From Candidatus Saccharimonadales bacterium (GTDB taxonomy: Bacteria > Patescibacteriota > Saccharimonadia > Saccharimonadales > UBA10212), in NCBI GenBank assembly GCA_035480715.1, contig DATIHL010000011.1, forward strand, positions 14,722 to 78,721: a stretch of DNA of 64,000 bases, in the 5' to 3' direction. Below are positions 58,601 to 64,000 of the stretch, one piece after another (positions within the stretch are counted from its first letter, which is position 1; every line of letters starts with the position of its first letter). The notes under the pieces are model-generated. The model was not told where the DNA came from and did no database searches. It saw only the letters and a list, made by a program, of their open reading frames with translations. Position numbers and translations under genes: made by a program.

Positions 58601-59929
58601 ATGGCTTTATCAACTCAGCCCTATAAGGGAGCGAGGGATTTTTATCCTGAAGACAAGCGCGTCCAGAAGCACGTGTTTAATGTTCTTAGACGTGTGGTTG
58701 AAAGTTTTGGCTATCAAGAATACGACGCGCCAATTATCGAGCCGATCGAGCTTTATTTGAGCAAGACAAGCGAGGAAATCGTAGTCGAGCAAACATTTGT
58801 ATTTACAGACCGGGGTGGTAGAACAGTAACACTTAGGCCAGAAATGACACCGACAGTCAGCCGTATGGTAGCCGCTAAGCGACAAGAGTTGGCCTATCCG
58901 CTTAGGTGGTACAGTATTCCAAATCTTTGGCGCTATGAGCGTCCTCAAGCCGGTAGACTACGCGAACACTGGCAGCTGAACGTTGATATTTTTGGGGTAG
59001 CGGGAATCGAAGCCGACCACGAAATTATTTTGATAGCCGATAAGATTTTGAAAGCTTTTGACGCCAAGCCCGAAAACTACACGATTAAAGTTAATAGCCG
59101 GCAGTTACTAAATTGGTTTTTCTTGGATAGCTTCCGACTTGACCACTCTCAAATCCAGCCCTTAGCGCGGCTAATAGATAAAAAAGATAAGTTAGCCGAG
59201 AAAGAATTTAAAGATGCCGCCCAAGCCATACTCAGCCCTGCACAGCAAGAAGCCGGTGTTTTATCCCAACTTGAGGAGCTGTTGAAAGTCAAAACACTGG
59301 GCGAGCTACCGCTTGTTGTGCAACAACACCCGGCCGCTAAGCAATTGCAACATCTAATGACTTTACTGATGGCAAGCGGTGTGCAAAGCGCGATTTTTGA
59401 TCCATCACTGATGCGTGGCTTTGATTATTACACCGACATAGTATTTGAGGTTTTTGACAACAATCCTGACAATAATCGCTCGATGTTTGGCGGTGGCCGC
59501 TACGACGGCTTGGTCAGCGCGTTTGGCGTAGAGGCTGTGCCGACAGTAGGTTTTGGCATGGGTGATGTTACGTTGCAGGCTTTTTTGGAGGGTCATAAAT
59601 TGTTGCCAAGCTTCGAACCGGAAACCGACGCTACGGCGATTTTAATAGGCGATGTTTACGAAGCCGCCCAAAAAACACTAGCTATGCTGCGCCAAGAAGG
59701 TCTAAGGTTAGCAGTTGATAGCACAGGTCGCAAAGTTGACACGCAGATTAAGAGTGCCGCCAAGGCAGGCATCCCGTACGTCATATTTATAGGGGAACAC
59801 GAACTAGACAGTCAGCGTTTTAAGCTTAAGGATTTAAGGTCTGGCGAAGAAAAAGAACTATCGATGGAAAGAATGGTCAGTACATTGGCCGCGCGTCACC
59901 GTCAACACGAGGCTGATGATCTGGAATGA
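58601..59929 (+). CDS. hisS: Histidine--tRNA ligase
   Basis: Class II motifs and the HisRS-specific RWYSIPNLWRYERPQAGRLREHWQ stretch are present, with a C-terminal anticodon-binding domain. Confidence 0.9.
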   Translation: MALSTQPYKGARDFYPEDKRVQKHVFNVLRRVVESFGYQEYDAPIIEPIELYLSKTSEEIVVEQTFVFTDRGGRTVTLRPEMTPTVSRMVAAKRQELAYPLRWYSIPNLWRYERPQAGRLREHWQLNVDIFGVAGIEADHEIILIADKILKAFDAKPENYTIKVNSRQLLNWFFLDSFRLDHSQIQPLARLIDKKDKLAEKEFKDAAQAILSPAQQEAGVLSQLEELLKVKTLGELPLVVQQHPAAKQLQHLMTLLMASGVQSAIFDPSLMRGFDYYTDIVFEVFDNNPDNNRSMFGGGRYDGLVSAFGVEAVPTVGFGMGDVTLQAFLEGHKLLPSFEPETDATAILIGDVYEAAQKTLAMLRQEGLRLAVDSTGRKVDTQIKSAAKAGIPYVIFIGEHELDSQRFKLKDLRSGEEKELSMERMVSTLAARHRQHEADDLE

Positions 59930-61215
59930 AAGTAACCAGAACAGATAAAACCCCGACGCAAGTAACGTTGGTAGTGGAGGCCGATAACGCGGCTCTAGAG
60001 CCCATTAAGCGACATGTCTTAGCGCACTTTAGACATTCGGTGAAGATACCCGGTTTTAGAGCCGGTACGGCACCGATGGCGCTGGTAGAGAAAAATATCG
60101 ACCAGCAGCAACTGCTGGATGAATTTATGGAACATGCGTTAAATCAGCTTTACGGCAAAGCAATCCAGCAGGAGAACCTAAGGCCGATCGGACAACCTAA
60201 TGTCCAGCTCAAAAAATTTGTGCCTTTTACTAATTTACAATTCGATGTTGAAACTGAAGTTATCGGGCCGGTAACGCTGCCGGATTATAAAAAGATTAAA
60301 CTGGATAAAAAGCCACCAGTCGTAGATGCCCATGCGGTTAATGAAGTTGTTAAATCGCTTCAGCAGCGAATGGCAGATAAAAAAGAAGTCCAGCGCCCGG
60401 CTAAAAACGGCGACGAGCTTGTAATAGATTTTAGCGGCACGGATAAAGACGGAAAGCCAGTGAGTGGCACAGATGCCAAAGACTACCCATTGACCCTTGG
60501 CAAAGGTAGCTTTATTCCTGGTTTTGAAGAGAATTTGATCGGCCTTAAAGCGGGCGAAAATAAAAAATTTACTGTCAAATTTCCAAGCGACTACGGTGTT
60601 GCAGCCCTGCAAAATAAGGATGTGACTTTTGCAGTCGATCTAAAAAAGGTTAACGAGTTAAGCATTTCTAAAGCTGATGATGCATTTGCTGCTAAAGTCG
60701 GTCCATTTAAAACATTGGCTGAGCTAAAAGTCGATATTAAAAAGCAGCTTAAGCTTGAGCAACAGCAACAGGCGGACAGAGATTTCGAAAATCGGCTAAT
60801 CGGCGAAATTGCCGCTCAATCCAGTGTGGAAATTCCGGATAGCATGGTCGAAGAAGAAATAACGCGCATGGAAGATGAGGAAAAGCGCAATTTAACTTAC
60901 CGCGGCCAAACGTGGCAGGAACATTTAGCTGAAGAAGGTATTAATGAAGAGCAACACCGTGAGCGCCAGCGGCCGCAGGCGCAGGAACGAATCAAAGCCG
61001 GTCTTGTTTTGAGCGAAATTGCAGAAAAAGAAAATATTACAGTTACGCCGGAAGAAATTGAAACTAGGATTCAACTATTAAAAGGCCAGTACCAGGATCA
61101 AGCCATGCAGGCAGAGCTTGATAAGCCTAATTCTCGTCGCGACATTGAGTCTCGCTTAATGACCGAAAAAACCATCGAAAAACTAGTCAGCTATTCATCA
61201 AAGCAGCAATCCTAA
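59926..61215 (+). CDS. tig: Trigger factor
   Basis: A ribosome-binding N-terminus (GFRAGTAP region), an FKBP-like PPIase domain and a C-terminal arm domain are present. Confidence 0.9.
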   Translation: MKVTRTDKTPTQVTLVVEADNAALEPIKRHVLAHFRHSVKIPGFRAGTAPMALVEKNIDQQQLLDEFMEHALNQLYGKAIQQENLRPIGQPNVQLKKFVPFTNLQFDVETEVIGPVTLPDYKKIKLDKKPPVVDAHAVNEVVKSLQQRMADKKEVQRPAKNGDELVIDFSGTDKDGKPVSGTDAKDYPLTLGKGSFIPGFEENLIGLKAGENKKFTVKFPSDYGVAALQNKDVTFAVDLKKVNELSISKADDAFAAKVGPFKTLAELKVDIKKQLKLEQQQQADRDFENRLIGEIAAQSSVEIPDSMVEEEITRMEDEEKRNLTYRGQTWQEHLAEEGINEEQHRERQRPQAQERIKAGLVLSEIAEKENITVTPEEIETRIQLLKGQYQDQAMQAELDKPNSRRDIESRLMTEKTIEKLVSYSSKQQS

Positions 61216-61242
61216 TTAGCACTCTTGACTTGAGAGTGCTAA
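61216..61242 (+). promoter_or_regulatory. Perfect CIRCE element (HrcA operator) overlapping the clpP promoter
   Basis: TTAGCACTC-TTGACTTGA-GAGTGCTAA is an exact match to the CIRCE consensus TTAGCACTC-N9-GAGTGCTAA. TTGACT lies at 61225-61230, and TAAAAT at 61248-61253 follows 17 nt later. The clpP ATG is at 61262. Confidence 0.75.
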
Positions 61243-61261
61243 TTCCATAAAATAGAAACAT

Positions 61262-61891
61262 ATGGGTAGATCAACGAACCAAATCTTGATTCCAACAGTT
61301 ATCGAACAGGAGGGTCGTTTTGAGCGGGCTTATGACATCTATAGCCGCCTGCTACGCGACCGTATTATTTTTTTGGGTGGCGAAATTAACGAGCACACCG
61401 CTAACTTGGTAGTTGCCCAAATGCTTTTTTTGGAAAACGAAAGCTCGGAAAAAGACATCATCTTTTATATTAATGGCCCAGGCGGCAGTGTTTACGATGC
61501 TTTTGCCATCTACGACACTATGCAATACGTTAAATGTGACATTCAGACCGTGGGTGTGGGTATTCAAGCCAGCGCGGCGGCTTTTCTACTAAGCTCGGGC
61601 ACCAAAGGTAAAAGACTACTCTTGCCTCACGCGACAGTTATGATCCACCAGCCGGCTGCCGCTACACGCGGTAAAGTTACAGATATGGAAATTGACCTAC
61701 GTGAAGGCCTTAGGATGAAGAAGCTAATGAATGAAATATTGTCTAAAAACACCGGCCAGCCGCTAAAGAGAATCGAACAGGACGTCGAGCGAGATTTTTG
61801 GATGAGTGCCGATGAAGCTAAAAAGTACGGCCTGGTTGATAAGGTGATAGATAGTCGAAAAGTAGCAGAAACCGTTCAAAGAACTGCTTAG
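61262..61891 (+). CDS. clpP: ATP-dependent Clp protease proteolytic subunit
   Basis: Ser (GIQASAAAF), His (MIHQP) and Asp ([11 protein letters not shown]) catalytic triad contexts are present. Confidence 0.9.
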   Translation: MGRSTNQILIPTVIEQEGRFERAYDIYSRLLRDRIIFLGGEINEHTANLVVAQMLFLENESSEKDIIFYINGPGGSVYDAFAIYDTMQYVKCDIQTVGVGIQASAAAFLLSSGTKGKRLLLPHATVMIHQPAAATRGKVTDMEIDLREGLRMKKLMNEILSKNTGQPLKRIEQDVERDFWMSADEAKKYGLVDKVIDSRKVAETVQRTA

Positions 61892-61925
61892 TAGACAATT
61901 CTACAACACATTTTTCTGTGGATAC

Positions 61926-61954
61926 TTGACCACAACACCTTATTTCGGTATCAT
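61926..61954 (+). promoter_or_regulatory. Candidate sigma70-type promoter for rpoB
   Basis: TTGACC at 61926-61931 is followed by a 17-nt spacer and TATCAT at 61949-61954, leaving a leader of roughly 140 nt. Confidence 0.4.
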
Positions 61955-62095
61955 ATTAACCAAGAAGTAGTATACTTTGGTGTTTATTGTGTCTGCAGCA
62001 AAGAGCATCGAATGTAGTGGGCTTCGCATAAGCGATATAACAACATTATAACTACATAATTTTAATCTAAGGGAGTAAGGGGAGCATTGCTTTTT

Positions 62096-64000
62096 GATGG
62101 CCAAAGCAACTAAGCCGAGTACAGCTCGGCAGTACTTTACAAAAACAGACGACGTATTAAATCCACCAGATCTAGTTTCGCACCAAAATAGTTCATTCCA
62201 ATGGTTTGTGCGAGAAGGCTTAGGCGAACTTTTAGAAGAAGTCAGCCCAATCGATGATTATACCGGCACAAAACTTAGCCTTAGTTTTAAAGGCTATCAT
62301 TTTGATGTACCAAAAATGACCGAATCAGAGGCGCGCGAGAATAACGTCAGTTTTGAAGCGCCACTCAAGGCGGTCGTAGAACTGACAAATAAAGTAACCG
62401 GCGAGGTTAAAGAACAGGAAATTTATCTTGGTGATTATCCGTGGATGACTACCCGCGGCACTTTTGTGATAAACGGTGCTGAGCGTGTAGTCGTTAGCCA
62501 GCTGATACGTTCCAGCGGTGTTTTCTTTACGTCTGATCCGCATGGTACTACCAGCTTATATGGCGCAAAGGTTATTCCTGTACGTGGCGCCTGGCTAGAG
62601 TTTGAAACATCTTCTGGCGGCGCTCTATATGTCAAAATTGATCGCAAGCGCAAAATTGCGGTTACTACACTACTTAGAGCACTCGGCATGACACAGGAAC
62701 AAATTAAAGAGGCATTTGCTCACGTTGATCAAGGATCTACAAATTATATAGACGCCACTTTAGAAAAAGACCCTACCAGCAGCACTAACGAAGCCCTGAT
62801 TGAGGTATATCGCCGCCTGCGACCTGGTGATCTAGCGACTGTCGATAACGCCCGCTCATTAATTGAAAATATGCTCTATAACTTTAAGCGATTTGACTTT
62901 GGCCGCGTTGGCCGCTACAAACTCAACAAGCGACTTGATTTAGATGTGCCAAATACAAATAAGAACCGCGTAGTACGGATTGATGACCTTATTGCCATTA
63001 TTGCAGAGGTGATCAGACTCAATAATACTCAAGATCCGGCTGACGAAATCGACTCATTGGCTAATCGTCGCGTGAAGTTGGTCGGTGAACTGGTGCAGCG
63101 ACAATTCCGTATTGGCCTGCTGCGCATGGAGCGCAACGCCAAAGACCGCATGTCGATGTCCGAAATCGAAACGGTCACACCGGCTCAGCTTATAAATGCG
63201 CGACCTGTAGTAGCAGCTGTACGTGAATTTTTTGCGAGCTCGCAACTTAGCCAATTTATGGATCAGATAAATCCACTTTCTGAATTAGCGCATAAAAGAC
63301 GTCTAAGCTCAATGGGCCCTGGCGGTCTTTCGCGCGAGCGAGCCGGTTTTGAGGTGCGCGACGCTCACGCAACTCACTATGGCCGCATTTGCCCGGTAGA
63401 AACGCCTGAAGGCGCCAACATCGGACTAGTGCTTAATCTGGCTAGTTATGCTCGCATTAATGAATACGGCTTTGTAGAAACGCCGTATCGCCGAGTTATT
63501 AATGCTGTCAGCGCCAAAGAAGCCGCAGGTTATATAGCAGCCACCAATCTGGAGAATGCTCGTGGAACAGTTATCGTTAAGTCCGGCGCAGTAATAACAT
63601 CGGCCGCTGCCAAAAAACTGGCTACTGTTAAAGAACAAAAAACCTGGCCAGTTAAGGCAAAAGTTACCAACGAAATAATTTATCTTGATGCCGCTGAAGA
63701 AGAGCAAGCTATCATTGCCGGTGCCGGTAACGAGATTGATGAAAACGGCTATTTCATAGAACCGCGTGTCAGCGCCCGCACCCGATTAAATCCAGGGGAA
63801 GTTGACTCTAATGAAGTTACCCATATGGACTCCAGCCGCTCGCAAACTATCGGTTCTAGTGCGGGTTTAATTCCCTTTGTCGAAAAAAATTACGTGCTGC
63901 GCTCACTAATGGGATCTAACCAACAACGCCAGGCAGTGCCCTTGATAAAGCCAGAAGCGCCGATTGTCGGTACAGGATTTGAATCCGTAGTAGCGCGCAA
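62096..64000 (+). CDS. rpoB: DNA-directed RNA polymerase beta subunit, 3'-truncated by the window edge
   Basis: The ATG after the AAGGGAG RBS opens MAKATKPSTARQYF ... SFQWF. Later RpoB-specific stretches (GPGGLSRERAGFEVRDAHATHYGRICPVETPEGANIGL) are present. There is no stop before the window end. Confidence 0.9.

Noticed and set aside
1-64000. Alternative genetic code (UGA recoding, as in some CPR)
   Set aside because: Well-conserved genes terminate normally at TGA/TAA/TAG and no in-frame TGA interrupts them. This is consistent with the standard bacterial code.
1-64000. CRISPR arrays, transposases, integrases, phage genes
   Set aside because: No direct-repeat/spacer periodicity and no recognisable mobile-element proteins were seen. 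The only repeat family noted is the CIRCE core, present twice.

Overview
This 64-kb window is a gene-dense bacterial segment (about 95% coding) made mostly of housekeeping operons. Its features suggest a reduced-genome Gram-positive-like or CPR/Saccharibacteria-like organism using genetic code 11 (inference). The evidence for that is a split transketolase, charged low-complexity tails on core proteins, a separate pilB-type ATPase, gatCAB, a NrdH-like redoxin next to trxB, and sparse pathway content. Recognisable blocks are pheS-pheT, a trxB/nrdH-like redox pair, ppa-gap, a pentose-phosphate/glycolysis cluster (rpiB, rpe, split tkt, fba, pfkB), uvrB, gatCAB, dnaE, pilB-like, rplS-rnhB-yraN, nusA, clpC, radA, a class A PBP, tyrS, recG, tRNA-Leu, hisS-tig-clpP and the 5' part of rpoB. 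No rRNA, CRISPR array, transposase or prophage genes were seen. The most interesting observations: (1) A perfect HrcA-type CIRCE operator (TTAGCACTC-N9-GAGTGCTAA) lies on the promoter of clpP, and a near-perfect copy lies on the promoter of clpC, instead of the usual CtsR sites. (2) An ApbE flavin-transferase gene sits next to an unusual fusion of an RnfD/NqrB-like membrane domain with a ferredoxin-reductase domain, followed by a type II NADH dehydrogenase; this may be a minimal flavinylated membrane redox module. (3) Two small genes are inserted and translationally coupled inside otherwise universal operons: a flavin-reductase-like gene inside pheST, and a membrane-anchored protein with a HEPN-like Rx4H motif inside gatCAB. 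(4) A roughly 165-bp structured intergenic element, bounded by perfect 12-bp inverted repeats, lies after clpC. (5) TyrRS carries TIGN in place of the HIGH signature. (6) fba-pfkB is followed by an unknown 351-aa gene and a TIGR00725/LOG-like gene. All functional calls rest on motif and family recognition by eye; no database search was run.
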